This document shows, in pieces, positions 1-10,906 of a stretch of DNA of 64,000 nucleotides. The translations under genes were made by a program, and so were the position numbers. The notes under the pieces were generated by a model. The model made no database searches. It was not told the DNA's origin and saw only the letters and a program-made list of their open reading frames with translations. Origin of the DNA: an uncultured Nitrososphaeraceae archaeon (GTDB lineage: Archaea > Thermoproteota > Nitrososphaeria > Nitrososphaerales > Nitrososphaeraceae); the NCBI GenBank assembly GCA_963825865.1, contig CAWGVG010000048.1:24947-88946 (forward strand). Reading direction: 5' to 3'. Numbering within the stretch: position 1 is the stretch's first letter; each line of letters starts with the position of its first letter.

Positions 1-444
1 CCAAAGTATGGCTATTATTTCTCCACGATGATGTAATTCTTCAGTTAGAACATGTATTAATACATCTTTTACTTTTGTAGTTCTTCTTATACCATCAATG
101 TTTGTTCTTGAAGCAGCTTTATGGAGATCCTGTAATTTTATGGCAGATAGGTAATAGTTAACTTTTGAGATAACTTCAAAGTTATAGCCAGTGATTGCAT
201 CCCATGAGTTGTATTTAGAGTATGGAAATGGTCTATTAGGATCTTCTAATCCTTGAATGGAATAGTTAATCCATAAGTCTTCAACCCAAATTACGTGGAG
301 TATAGTATCTTTTAACGACAACCATGCAGTTTCGTGGTTATTTATCATATCTTGCCATGAGAATTTTTTTTGAAATGTGTCAATATAATTTTGCCTTACT
401 TTATGGTTGTAGTTATATAATTGTTGGAGGTCAGAAGGATCCAT
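1..444 (-). CDS. DinB/YfiT-family protein (3' end beyond the window edge)
   Basis: Manual translation from ATG at 444: MDPSDLQQLYNYN...SLKDTILHVIWVEDLW...LIHVLTEELHHRGEIIAILW. Has the H-x3-E and HHRGE metal-binding motifs of DinB proteins. Not in the ORF track. Confidence 0.8.
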   Translation of the reverse strand, partial: MDPSDLQQLYNYNHKVRQNYIDTFQKKFSWQDMINNHETAWLSLKDTILHVIWVEDLWINYSIQGLEDPNRPFPYSKYNSWDAITGYNFEVISKVNYYLSAIKLQDLHKAASRTNIDGIRRTTKVKDVLIHVLTEELHHRGEIIAILW

Positions 445-469
445 TGCACTATTTAGAATTACTTTATGA

Positions 470-986
470 TTAAGATAGTGGAACTTTTAGCCGTGAAGTC
501 ATGTATATGATGAAACTTAGTATAGCTAAAAGTTGATCTGATAAATGTGCTATAGCATCGTCTTTTGCCTTATCCCGTTCTCTTAATGAACTATTTACGT
601 CTTCTAACTCTTCTACCTTGCTTTGTATATCTGCTCCCTGTCTTTCTAATTTATGAACATTTAGAAATGTTAAATATGGTTCCATCTTACGGAATAACTC
701 TGCCTGTTATAACACGATATTTTATAGTAATCGGAGTAATATTGTCATAGGGATCTTCACGTCCTTCCTTAATTGCTTCAAGAAAAGCATCTATACTTAA
801 TCCGTCATGTTCATTTAGTATAAAATTCTTGAAAGTATTCAATCTTCTGAGATATGCATATGCTGTTTGTCTGTTCATGGTTCTAACGTTTCTAATGTAT
901 TTGGAAATTGTCTTATCTTCATTATAAGTTGAGCTTTCATTATCATTTTGAGATGATGCGTTAATGGAATTAGAAGGATGATCCAA
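470..986 (-). pseudogene. Tyrosine integrase remnant, catalytic core deleted
   Basis: An N-terminal SAM-like part (TAYAYLRRLNTFKNF...DPYD...ITIKYRVIT) is joined out of frame to a C-terminal coiled tail (AELFRKMEPYLTFL...KDDAIAHLSDQL) that resembles Nitrososphaera-type integrases. No catalytic motifs remain. Confidence 0.55.
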
Positions 987-1041
987 CTGATATTATTTAG
1001 AAAGATGACTCTGATATTTCTTTTGTATTCATAGGTAAATT

Positions 1042-1419
1042 TTACATATGGATTAATGCATCCATAGGCGAAATTGCTATTATTCCTACACCTCCTGATC
1101 CTGCTGATTTCTTAATAGTGTTAATTATTTCTTCTAACTTGTCTGAATCTACTATAGTAACTATGGTCTGTCTAGTAGAATATGATAACTCAGCTTCACT
1201 CATACCTCTTCCAACTCTTACTTTTTCTTTTTCTTTTCCAAAACCCTTGGAATCATAAAGTGTTGCTTCTAAATTCATATTTCTTATTGCGGATAATACT
1301 GCATCAGCTTTACCAGATCCTAAAAATACTTCAATTCTTTTTAGCCCTGCTTGTACTTTCCCTTCCTTACTTTCATCTTTGATAACCTCAAAAGGAAGTG
1401 TAGTCTTATCTTTAGCCAT
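1042..1419 (-). CDS. P-II family nitrogen regulator (divergent, no C-loop)
   Basis: KRIEVFL...SKGFGK T-loop...IVTIVD...GIIAISP fit the P-II fold. Has an N-terminal extension. Confidence 0.85.
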   Translation of the reverse strand: MAKDKTTLPFEVIKDESKEGKVQAGLKRIEVFLGSGKADAVLSAIRNMNLEATLYDSKGFGKEKEKVRVGRGMSEAELSYSTRQTIVTIVDSDKLEEIINTIKKSAGSGGVGIIAISPMDALIHM

Positions 1420-1745
1420 CTCTTTTCTCCCCTTCTCTATCTCCCTCAGTATTATTTACCTTCAACATAAATAACATCATTAATCGGTAATAATAAGCGT
1501 AACACACACGTAAATATTAATCGGTAATAATATGAAATCGATAGGGCAAGGTCTTTAGTGGAGGCCATTACGGTTAATGATATGTAAAGCAGCAAGGCTG
1601 AGATATGCCTATTATTGTAATCGGCTTCAATGTGTTCAGAGGCCAAAAACCCTCAGATAGCTTTCTGATATATCAATAATACAATTTCTGCGTGACTAAC
1701 AAAAATAAGAATCAAAAATGTTAATGAAGTGCAAATAACGTAAGA

Positions 1746-2763
1746 TCATCTATACTCATCACCACAATCTCCAATTATCTCAAACAAGTTATTTGACTTT
1801 GTACATACAGCTTCTATAGCATCACAATCTAGCTTGTCCAAACTAAGGTTGGATACCTGCGCGTTATTGTCTCTGTGATCAACTATTCCAAGCCTAGCAC
1901 CGATAATAACGCTTGCTACTGCAGAGTTGGCGAGAATATAGCGGGTTGCTACATTTGCAATGCTTACATTGTGCTTTTGTGCGATTCTCTTCAAAGTCGA
2001 TAAAAGTTCTTGGAACAAATTCCATCCGCCCCATGCATCTATCATCTGCTTGTATTTTCATAAGCTTAACGTATTTAACTCAGCAGTAGATGGCTCTATT
2101 CTTCCTAGATAGCGCTCCGACATCAGTCCCCCACAGATGCTCCCATAGGTAAGGAGACTGATGTTATGCTCCAGGCAAAAATGGTATCATCTTCACTTCT
2201 GGCCTACGATCTATAATCGAATATTGAACCTGGTTCGATACAAGTTGTAGATCTGAATCTATCATGATCTGCATACGTTCAGTATCAAAATTTGTAAGAC
2301 CTATATGCTTTATTATTCCTTCATCTCGCAGGTCGGATAGGTATTTGAGAGCATCCATGTAATACGGGTTGTTATAATCCCACCAGTGGAATTGAAGAAG
2401 ATCCAGCGAGCTAACGCTCATTCTGCGAAGCGATCTTTCTATATTTTCATTAACGATAGAACGTGTAATTCTTCCTGGCTGTGGCACCCATTTTGTTAAT
2501 GCCTGAATTCTATCGAGTTCTTCTTTTCCTTTTATTGCCAATAATCTACGCCTGAACTGTCCAATAAAATCTTCTGCTGGGCCATAAATATCTGCTAGAT
2601 CCCAAGTCGTAAAGCCAGCATCATGATATCTCATCATGTCTGCGATTGCCAATTCGTGATCGATATATCCATGTCCGCCTGCAACCTGCCACATGCCGTT
2701 GACTAGTCTGGTTATTGTCAAATCAGGAGCCAGTTGGTAGCATTTCTTACTCATGTCATTCAT
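1746..2763 (-). pseudogene. Aldo/keto reductase, disrupted
   Basis: DLADIYG, LDLLQFHW, IGLTNF and NQVQYS motifs. Frameshift in a T-run near 2180 plus an in-frame TGA near 2060. Confidence 0.85.
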
Positions 2764-2858
2764 TCTTGATTTTCACTAGATTTGTCACAAATATTAAGCA
2801 CTACAATCTGTGATCATATTCCAAATAAACCAAAGTCTCCCCACGTTTTACAATTCCC

Positions 2859-3300
2859 TTACCAAAAAACAATTCCTTTGTCAATCAACATATATTCAGG
2901 TAAAAAGTCAGAATCAGATGTGATGGCCGAATGGCGTATACAAAATGGATTCCATTTCTTTGTCTTTATTAAAAACTCTAATGTCTGGTGTTCGTTTTCA
3001 TCAACTACCGAGCCATTTTCCAACAAACGAACTATTCTTTTTCTAAGCTGTTTCATTACAGTACATAAAGCATAAGCCTTTTACGGGACCTCCTGTTAAA
3101 AGATTACATATTAACCTGGCATTAAGCTCATTTTTAAATGGATGTTCATTTAGCTGATCACGTACGTATGGGAACGAACAGGTAAGTATACAGGACCAGT
3201 ACCAGTTTGGATTCCTGTGGAATTTCGCCTTCACCATATCGTTATTTTAATCTTATATGCTTGATTTTAAGCAAAGTAAACTCATGATTGCGAGCATCAA
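2859..3300 (-). pseudogene. Tyrosine integrase central catalytic fragment
   Basis: Across frameshifts reads DARNHE (catalytic Arg box)...GEGEIP..SK...SFPYVRD.LNEHPFKN...KKWNPFCIRHSAITSDSDFLPEY (box II-like CIRH), then breaks off. Confidence 0.7.
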
Positions 3301-3305
3301 TACTA

Positions 3306-3791
3306 TTATACTAAATAATTCATTCGAATCAGAAAATTGGTATTCTGAATTTCACTGTTAATAGAGTAGCCATAACCGCAATATGGACAATAGTCTAAAG
3401 TAGTTCGAATAGGATAATCTGCATCGCCTTTTTGAATTCCATTTAGCTCATTTAATGAATTGAGATTGAAAATATAATAATCTTGATAATTACTATTTAT
3501 CCCATAACTTTTTCCAGATTTCTCTTTTTGTCCAAAAGACAAGACCATTTTCTTATTAAGCAGGCCATCTCGTAAGGTAGTACAATGATTAACATCCCTT
3601 GAATTGATTATCGGATGCATTCTTGTATCAATACCGCAATGTATGCAATACCGGTAATCTCTCAAGTCAGATGGAATATTTGTTTTAACATGAACATTTT
3701 GAAGGTATACTACAGCTTGGCCTTTGGTATCACAATCAATGTAATTCATTTTACTTAATCTGCGAATGGAATCACAGCAGTAGTAGATCAT
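3306..3791 (-). CDS. Hypothetical Cys-rich protein with two CxxC (zinc-ribbon-like) motifs
   Basis: YCIHCG and YCPYCG motifs in a 161-aa ORF. Confidence 0.5.
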   Translation of the reverse strand: MIYYCCDSIRRLSKMNYIDCDTKGQAVVYLQNVHVKTNIPSDLRDYRYCIHCGIDTRMHPIINSRDVNHCTTLRDGLLNKKMVLSFGQKEKSGKSYGINSNYQDYYIFNLNSLNELNGIQKGDADYPIRTTLDYCPYCGYGYSINSEIQNTNFLIRMNYLV

Positions 3792-3943
3792 GTATCTTTG
3801 TTACGAATATGTTCACGTAAATATTTATATTTTTGCATGTAATGAAATATTTTTCAAAATTATTCACCTTATTTACGATTAACTATAGATTATATTGGAG
3901 CCATTCGAAGTAATGCATTATTACTAAATTTGGCATAACCACT

Positions 3944-5455
3944 TTAATTGTTCTTATGGTGATAGTGGTTGTTATTTTTATCATTCCCAACCCTTATGCC
4001 TGATGGTATTATTGAGATGAGCATGAGAATAGCTGAAAGAAGGAAGATGTAGTGTAATGAGCTTAGAAAATTAGTGGTAGTAATAACAGATTTTGTGTTA
4101 TTATTGTTATTGCTGTTGTTGTTGTTGCTGCTGCTTTTAATATTGCCTTTGTTTGTTGTCTCCATTGTTCCTAAAAAAATAGATTCAATATAATTTAATG
4201 GCATAGTATGGGACATTATCAAAAATGCCAAGCCTAAGCTTAAGGTACTTCCACTAAGTACAAACATAGTGCTAGTGCCTGCCGCTATCCCCCTTTGATA
4301 TCGTGGAACTGAATTCATTATTGATGCTCTGTTTGGTGAAGCAAAAATACCCATTCCTGCGCCAATCATTGTTAAAGGCAATAAAGTTTCGATGAAAGTA
4401 GATTTTATACCTAAACTTGTAAGCATAAAGAATCCAATTGCCGAAATAAAAAGGCCAATAGATGATACTCTAGATCCATATCTGTCGGATATCCATCCAC
4501 TAAACGGTCCGAAAATCGATAATGCTATAGAAACTGGAAGAAGATAAACTCCTGCATCAAGTGGATTAAGTCTCATTGTAGGTCCTTGAAGATAAAATGT
4601 CATGATTAAGGTAAATGCGCCCCTTGCTATTGCATTAAAAAATATTGCAATATTCCCTCCTAGGAATGACCTTATTTTAAATAATGATAGATCGATCATT
4701 GGTTTAATTACATTTGTTTCTACAAATACAAACAATCCTATTAGAGATAATCCTACTATAATAAACAAATACATTCCAAACGGTATGCTATTAAGAATTT
4801 GCAATGAACCGAATGTTATTCCTACTAAAATAAGGAACAATCCTATAGCTAAAGTAGCATTGCCTATCCAATCTATTTGTTCTTTTTTAATTGTTCCTAA
4901 TTCACGCAACTTTGTATGGGACCAAATCGTTGCGAAAACTCCAATAGGTATATTTATCCAGAATATTGATCTCCATCCAAGATACGAAGTAAGGAATCCT
5001 CCAAATACGAGTCCCATTACAGATCCGGCCACAATTGATATTTGATTAAGCCCAAGTGCTTCTCCTCTTTCATTTTCTGGAAATGCATCGGTAATAATTG
5101 CAGCACTATTTGAGAAAAGAAAAGCTGCCCCTAATGATTGGACTATCCTAAATAACAGCAACTGTTCTCCTGATTGAGAGAGACTGCATAATGCTGATCC
5201 TATTGTAAAGATAATGAATCCAATATTATATAATTTGACTCTTCCAAACATATCTGAAAGCCTACCAAGGTTAAGAAGAATAGATGCAGTCACAAGCGAG
5301 TATCCAAGAACTATCCATACTAGTGTTAGAAGTGATACGTGGATATCAGATACAATAGTTGGTAAGGCGATAATAATTATATTTGTATCAAGTGAAGCCA
5401 TCAAAGTTCCAATCGTTGTATTACTTAATGCAGTCCATTTGTAATTTATGGTCAA
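3944..5455 (-). CDS. MFS drug:H+ antiporter (DHA2, EmrB/QacA-like)
   Basis: LD.NII..ALP.I, GRLSDMFGR (motif A), WRSIFWINIPIG; about 14 transmembrane segments. Confidence 0.92.
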   Translation of the reverse strand: MTINYKWTALSNTTIGTLMASLDTNIIIIALPTIVSDIHVSLLTLVWIVLGYSLVTASILLNLGRLSDMFGRVKLYNIGFIIFTIGSALCSLSQSGEQLLLFRIVQSLGAAFLFSNSAAIITDAFPENERGEALGLNQISIVAGSVMGLVFGGFLTSYLGWRSIFWINIPIGVFATIWSHTKLRELGTIKKEQIDWIGNATLAIGLFLILVGITFGSLQILNSIPFGMYLFIIVGLSLIGLFVFVETNVIKPMIDLSLFKIRSFLGGNIAIFFNAIARGAFTLIMTFYLQGPTMRLNPLDAGVYLLPVSIALSIFGPFSGWISDRYGSRVSSIGLFISAIGFFMLTSLGIKSTFIETLLPLTMIGAGMGIFASPNRASIMNSVPRYQRGIAAGTSTMFVLSGSTLSLGLAFLIMSHTMPLNYIESIFLGTMETTNKGNIKSSSNNNNSNNNNNTKSVITTTNFLSSLHYIFLLSAILMLISIIPSGIRVGNDKNNNHYHHKNN

Positions 5456-5585
5456 ATTAATTTATTGTTTTATACCTATTTGCATATAATTGATAATTGT
5501 TTCTATGCCAAAATATCATTTGTGGTGGTACCAAGATGAATTTATCGATCATTAGCATTGTCTTACTTGTCCTTTGAATAAAGGT

Positions 5586-5830
5586 TTAATTTGTTATGTC
5601 TGAGTTTGATAATGGAGCAAGAGCTAACAGAGGATTTTGCTGTATCATCGACATGATTCGTTCGTACTTTTGTTCAATATCCAGAATCTTCTTCCTCTCT
5701 GCTTCTTTTATTTCATCAAAAGATGAGGGTATTAATGGATAACTACACTTGGAACAGTATTAATTGCCCTTCTTATTTTATATATCCTGAAGCCTGTCTT
5801 GAATTCATGGACCAGCGCACCTACTTCTTA
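5586..5830 (-). pseudogene. Tyrosine integrase C-terminal fragment, interrupted by IS5 (continues at 6781-6797)
   Basis: With the IS removed the minus strand reads PDYAIKK*VRWSMNSRQASGYIK (likely catalytic Tyr region), then KYCSKCSYPL...MIQQNPLLA (zinc-ribbon tail). Confidence 0.65.
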
Positions 5831-6780
5831 GAGCCTATCCCAAAAATATAGACATGATGTTTTTATTTAACAGATAAGGACATAGCTCGATGTTCTTTTA
5901 TTTTATCTATGATTGGTCTTTATAGAAAGAAGAAACAACAACACCTTCCAACGATAAGACATATTCCAGATGATCTATGGAATGAGGTAAAGAACATACT
6001 CCCTGCTGAAAAGCCAATTGAAACAATAGGACGTCCAATAATTGTACCGTTTAGAAAAGTACTTGACGGAATACTGTATGTGCTGAGAACTGGATGCCAG
6101 TGGAAGATGCTTCCTAAAGAATATGGTTCTGCTTCCACATGTCATAGAAGGTTTCAGGAGTGGGTTGGTAAAATAACAGTATTTGAGAAATTATGGATTA
6201 GATTATTGGAAATATATGACGATATTCGCGGCATAGAATGGGAATGGCAGCAGTCACTAGACAGTGTTTCTGTTAAAGCTCCTTTAGGGGGGGGATCTGA
6301 CAGGTCCCAATCCTACTGATAGAGGTAAACTTGGAACAAAGCGTCATGTGTTGGCAGACAAGAAAGGTGTTCCATTATCCATTGTCATCACAGCTGCGAA
6401 TACTCATGATATGAAGGCTACAGCAGAGACGCTTGACTGCTGTATTGTAACAAAAAGAAGGCCTCCTCCTCCAAAGAAAAAGAAACAACAACAGAATCTA
6501 TGTCTTGATAAAGGATACAACTATCCAGAGATAGAACAGGAAGTAGTCAAGAGAGGATATGTACCGCATATCCGTCAGAGAGGTGAAGGGAAAAAATCAG
6601 TTAAGAAGAAAAGAAGACATCATCCATCAAGAAGATGGGTTATAGAAAGAACAAATTCATGGCACAACAGATTCAGAAAACTACTGATTAGATATGAAAA
6701 GAAAGCAGAGAATTATCTTGGACTAGTACATCTGGCCTGCTGCATAATTGTATACCGTAGGATAATTTTGGGATAGGCTC
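5831..6780 (+). mobile_element. IS5-family insertion sequence (IS427/IS1031-like), 950 bp
   Basis: 15-bp TIRs GAGCCTATCCCAAAA / TTTTGGGATAGGCTC; TTA target-site duplication at 5828-5830 and 6781-6783. Confidence 0.95.
5909..6776 (+). CDS. IS5 transposase, two ORFs joined by a -1 frameshift at G8 (6287-6294)
   Basis: GILYVLRTGCQW..LP; LDS.SVKAP; after the shift GPNPTDRGKLGTKRH; DKGY; RW.IERT.SW.NRFRKL. Confidence 0.9.
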
Positions 6781-7405
6781 TTAATAGCATAATCAGGCTT
6801 GTTCGTTCTGTCTTCATTTTTCTGATTTGAATAAACGAAGGTGTTTGCCAATCATAGAAAGAGGAAGGATAATAATAATGAGTATTGTTAACGTCAGTGT
6901 TAGAAAAACTTTCAGAATTTTTCTTATGGCATGCATTATACAACGATCTAAAAAAATATTTTATATGGCATAAGTAGTGATTCCAAGTAGTATTCTATCT
7001 TGCATCAGGATCCTCTATGGTTTTAATTTTCGTATCTAGAAATTTGATAATTTGTTCTGTTCTTTTAACATCAAAAAAAGTAGTATTAGAGTCAATATAA
7101 TACATACAAAGGTTATTGTAGCAATTGTATTCTTAAAGTTCCCCTTAGCAATACTGTCGACCAATCTATTATCTAATCAGAATTAGACTTTTATCTACTT
7201 AATCTTATTCAACAATAATTAAAAGGTTGTGATATCTCCTGTTAGTTACCATGCTTTAGAATCTCCCAAGTCACCAGAACTATTTTTACATATATGTATA
7301 CCGGAGGAGCAAAACTTAACAGGTTTATTGAAATCGATAAAACAGGTACTGGTAACAATATGGGTTTTCTTCATCCTCATCGATGTTATCACCCTGTGAC
7401 TCCAT

Positions 7406-7849
7406 TCATTTCAAATATCTAATAATTTTTTGGAGAAAAGCATTTTGATAAGCCTGAAATGCATCTTCACTCTGTAAGCATGATTGACAAATATAGGAGT
7501 TAGACTCTTCTCTTCCTCTATAATCGTCGTAGTAATCATAATCAGAAATATTTTCATCATCTCTGTTTTTTTTCTTTCCACAAATAAAACATTTGGCTAC
7601 TGTGGTTTGCAAAAATCTATTTTGTTTACGAATTACCGATTGTTTTTCTTGTTTATGGGTTACAGATTCTTCCTCATCCTTATTAGAAGTTACTTGGTCG
7701 GCGCTGCTAATAGAACAATCTAAATGTTTTATAGCTTTTGTGGATTTGGACCAAAGTGCTTGTTCTCCTGATCTTATCTCTCTTTTACATTCAATACATT
7801 TGCCTTTGAACTTGATAGTAATTGTCAACCAATCTGTAATATTACTCAT
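7406..7849 (-). CDS. Hypothetical zinc-finger protein
   Basis: CIEC...H..C, CFIC and CQSC motifs in a 147-aa ORF. Confidence 0.65.
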   Translation of the reverse strand: MSNITDWLTITIKFKGKCIECKREIRSGEQALWSKSTKAIKHLDCSISSADQVTSNKDEEESVTHKQEKQSVIRKQNRFLQTTVAKCFICGKKKNRDDENISDYDYYDDYRGREESNSYICQSCLQSEDAFQAYQNAFLQKIIRYLK

Positions 7850-8119
7850 GTTAGATCAATGGTACTTCTCTTATCTTAAAAAGTATAAAATCCGGGTATG
7901 ATGCACTCATTTATTAGCATGCAAGTCTAAGACACGTGGTTTGAGATAAAGAACTAAGCTTAGAATGAAGTAAATAACTTTTTTGTAACGTGAATAGATA
8001 GTCTCATGACTTTTCTTATGGACTTGATAGTTGCATACGATCCTTTGCAATTGTTGGTAAAATACGTCTATATACTTCTGTAAGAGTATATCATATTATA
8101 TGGAGGATGTTATTTGATT

Positions 8120-8386
8120 ATGAACAGCAAGAAAAACTGCGAACATTTCATTGGCATAGATGATAACAGTATTTCTCCTAAAACATCTGGCTGCGAAGAA
8201 TGTGAAAAAGAAGGAACTGATTGGGTTGCATTACGCATGTGTCTGATTTGTGGTCATGTAGGATGCTGCGATTCTTCTATAGGCCTTCATGCTACAAAAC
8301 ATTTCCAAAAAACCGACCATAAAGTTATGGTTGCACTACCAAACAAGCCATGGAAATGGTGTTACATACATAAACAATATTCGTAG
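8120..8386 (+). CDS. Stand-alone UBP-type zinc finger protein
   Basis: C.H...GCEEC...WVALRMCLICGHVGCCDSS...HATKHF...H...W.WCY is the zf-UBP signature. Confidence 0.92.
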   Translation: MNSKKNCEHFIGIDDNSISPKTSGCEECEKEGTDWVALRMCLICGHVGCCDSSIGLHATKHFQKTDHKVMVALPNKPWKWCYIHKQYS

Positions 8387-8766
8387 CCCTTTTCTTTCGT
8401 AAGATCATCAAGTTATGTCCTTTTCCAAGACTCACCAAACTAAAAGAACTTTGGAAAGTCTGCTGTAAATGCAGAGTACGTCTACATAATTGCGGACCAA
8501 TATGTTTGGTTTATAGATTATCCCATAGGAATTGCAGTGTTATATATAATAATAGTTAGATTAAATGGAGATGTTTTTGTGTGTTGCATGTAAGACCATC
8601 TTCATAATGCCTAACCAGAAATTGCGAAATCCATAAACCACAATGATTGTCATGCTCAAGTTGTCTTAGTCTCAATCATAATTGTGATTTTTCATAAAGC
8701 ATGCTGATTATTATAGAAATTATCTCGTCAATGCTTTTATCTTGATGTTTTTAATTTAACGAAATA

Positions 8767-8988
8767 GTGGAAAACAAAGCGCGATATGTTATTCTAGCTC
8801 TTTTGATTTTGATACCTTCCATAGTTAATCTTTCGGTTTCTCTTTACAATAGAAACATGCCAGAACTTTTTGGAATACCCTTCTTCTACTGGTTTCAAAC
8901 ATTATGGCTTGTATGTTGCTCTGGGTTTTACATGGGGTTTGCATATTTAATGGGCAGAGAGGATGGAGAAGGAAAGAGGAGATTCTAA
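8767..8988 (+). CDS. DUF3311-like small membrane protein (SSS accessory)
   Basis: YNR..PELFGIPFFYWFQ..W motif; lies directly upstream of the SSS gene. Confidence 0.85.
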   Translation: MENKARYVILALLILIPSIVNLSVSLYNRNMPELFGIPFFYWFQTLWLVCCSGFYMGFAYLMGREDGEGKRRF

Positions 8989-8991
8989 AAA

Positions 8992-10512
8992 ATGATTGGA
9001 CTTGATGGCACAATTCCCTTTGTTGGCCTTTTTGTATTGTTTATAGTTCTTGGATTTTACGGAAAATATTGGCGTAGAGGTGACTTAAATCATGTACATG
9101 AATGGTCTTTGGCAGGAAGAAGGCTTGGTACGGCACTTGTCTTTTTTTTAATTAGTGCAGACATTTATACTGCGTATACCTTTGTTGCAATTCCATCAGG
9201 AGTATTTGCCAAAGGCTCACTTTACTTTTTTGCAATCCCTTATGTTGCGTTGACATTTGGCATTGCTCTTGTCACCATGCCAAGGCTCTGGTCTTTATCA
9301 AGAGAAAAAGGATACATTACTGCTTCTGATTTTGCAAAAGACAGGTTTAGCAGCAAAACTCTTTCTATTCTAATTGCAATAACAGGAATCATATCGTTAC
9401 TGCCATACATTGCGTTACAGATAGTAGGGATGCAATCAGTTCTTACTGTAATGCTTTCAGGTACAGCGAATTCTCATACAGTCGAGGAAATATCGCTTTT
9501 GATTGCATTTGTAATATTGGCTGCCTTTACATATACTAGCGGACTACGTGGAGCAACGCTTACTGCAGTCTTTAAAGATATACTGATCTGGATAACTGTC
9601 ATTGCTCTCATAGTTGTAGTTCCTCTAAGCATTGGTGGAGGTGGTGGTTTTGGTACTGCCTTCAAGGATGCAAAAAAACAGACCTATGTTACATTGTCTG
9701 AATCGCTTGTTCCCGGATACGCAACACTGGTTTTGGGCAGCGCTCTTGCACTCTATCTTTATCCTCATGCGATAAACGGTGTACTAAGCTCAGAGAGTGC
9801 ACAAAAGCTTAGAACCAGTACGGCATTGCTACCGCTTTATGGCGTTGGGCTTGCTATTATGGCACTTATGGGAATTCTTGTATACGCTGTACCATCTGCA
9901 ATGAATTTCCTTTCGCATTTTTCCGAAAGCTCGCGTGGTATACTTGTTGTTCCATCTTTGATTTTATATACAATGCCAGGATGGTTTTCAGGAATAGCTC
10001 TTCTTGGTATATTCGTAGGTGGTCTGGTACCTGCAGCAATTATGGCAATGTCGCAGGCAAGCCTGCTTACAAGAAATATCATAAAAGAGATCAAACCAAA
10101 CATGTCTGCAAGTTCTGAAATTAGAATAACGAAAATTTCGTCTACTGTCTTCAAGTTTGTTGCACTTGGTTTTGTCTTTATGGTTCCAGCTACTTACGCA
10201 ATATCTTTACAACTTTTGGGAGGAATACTAATTGTACAAATTCTACCTGCAGTGTTTTTTGGTCTATATGTCAAATCATCATTAAGAAAAGAACCGCTTA
10301 TTGCAGGTTTACTTGTTGGAATATTTTTGGGAATTTACATGGTCGAGTATACAAACAACTTTGGTGCACTCACATCATCGCTATTCCAAACAACTTTTGG
10401 TTCATTGTATGTTGCAGTGATTGCCCTTATGTTTAACCTGATAATATCGTTTGGCGGAAGTGGAATCATGAACAAAAAAAGACTACCGTTCTCCCAACAA
10501 AACGAAAGATAA
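8992..10512 (+). CDS. Sodium:solute symporter (MctP-like monocarboxylate permease)
   Basis: EWSLAGRRLG, D.YTAYTF, PYIALQ..G, YTSGLRG, VPAAIM; paired with the DUF3311-like gene. Confidence 0.9.
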   Translation: MIGLDGTIPFVGLFVLFIVLGFYGKYWRRGDLNHVHEWSLAGRRLGTALVFFLISADIYTAYTFVAIPSGVFAKGSLYFFAIPYVALTFGIALVTMPRLWSLSREKGYITASDFAKDRFSSKTLSILIAITGIISLLPYIALQIVGMQSVLTVMLSGTANSHTVEEISLLIAFVILAAFTYTSGLRGATLTAVFKDILIWITVIALIVVVPLSIGGGGGFGTAFKDAKKQTYVTLSESLVPGYATLVLGSALALYLYPHAINGVLSSESAQKLRTSTALLPLYGVGLAIMALMGILVYAVPSAMNFLSHFSESSRGILVVPSLILYTMPGWFSGIALLGIFVGGLVPAAIMAMSQASLLTRNIIKEIKPNMSASSEIRITKISSTVFKFVALGFVFMVPATYAISLQLLGGILIVQILPAVFFGLYVKSSLRKEPLIAGLLVGIFLGIYMVEYTNNFGALTSSLFQTTFGSLYVAVIALMFNLIISFGGSGIMNKKRLPFSQQNER

Positions 10513-10906
10513 TAATAATAAAACACATCTTTCTATATTTTATGTCACTGCGGAGTGAGATTTGAGGCAGAAGAATACATCTAAACATCTGAATCTTGAC
10601 CATCTGCCACCTAGAACAACACAAAGTAATTATTCACAACAGAAAGTCATTGTAAGTATAAAGTTGAATTATAAGGACATTTTCGGGAAAAGACATCCTT
10701 ATAAGACAGATCTTGATGCAAGCGCTGAAGCAGCAGAAATTTAGGAATATCTATTCTCTACAAGACTTCTCTCCAATCTTCAAACATATCTATTAGTGCT
10801 CTCCAGGAATATCTAACACCAATCGCCTAAGTTATCATTCTTCTGGTAACTTACAATGTAGCGACTTATCAATTTATATACTTACTTTTTTATAGTTAAT
10901 ATATAC

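Noticed and set aside
4095-4135. Trinucleotide runs (TTA/TTG/CTG), also near 37060, 42820 and 54170
   Set aside because: Simple microsatellites encoding poly-Asn/Ser or lying intergenically; common throughout the window.
4602-5444. Antisense ORFs in the track (e.g. 4602, 5214, 9837, 11371, 28602, 36701, 43838, 62896)
   Set aside because: Shadow ORFs opposite well-supported genes.
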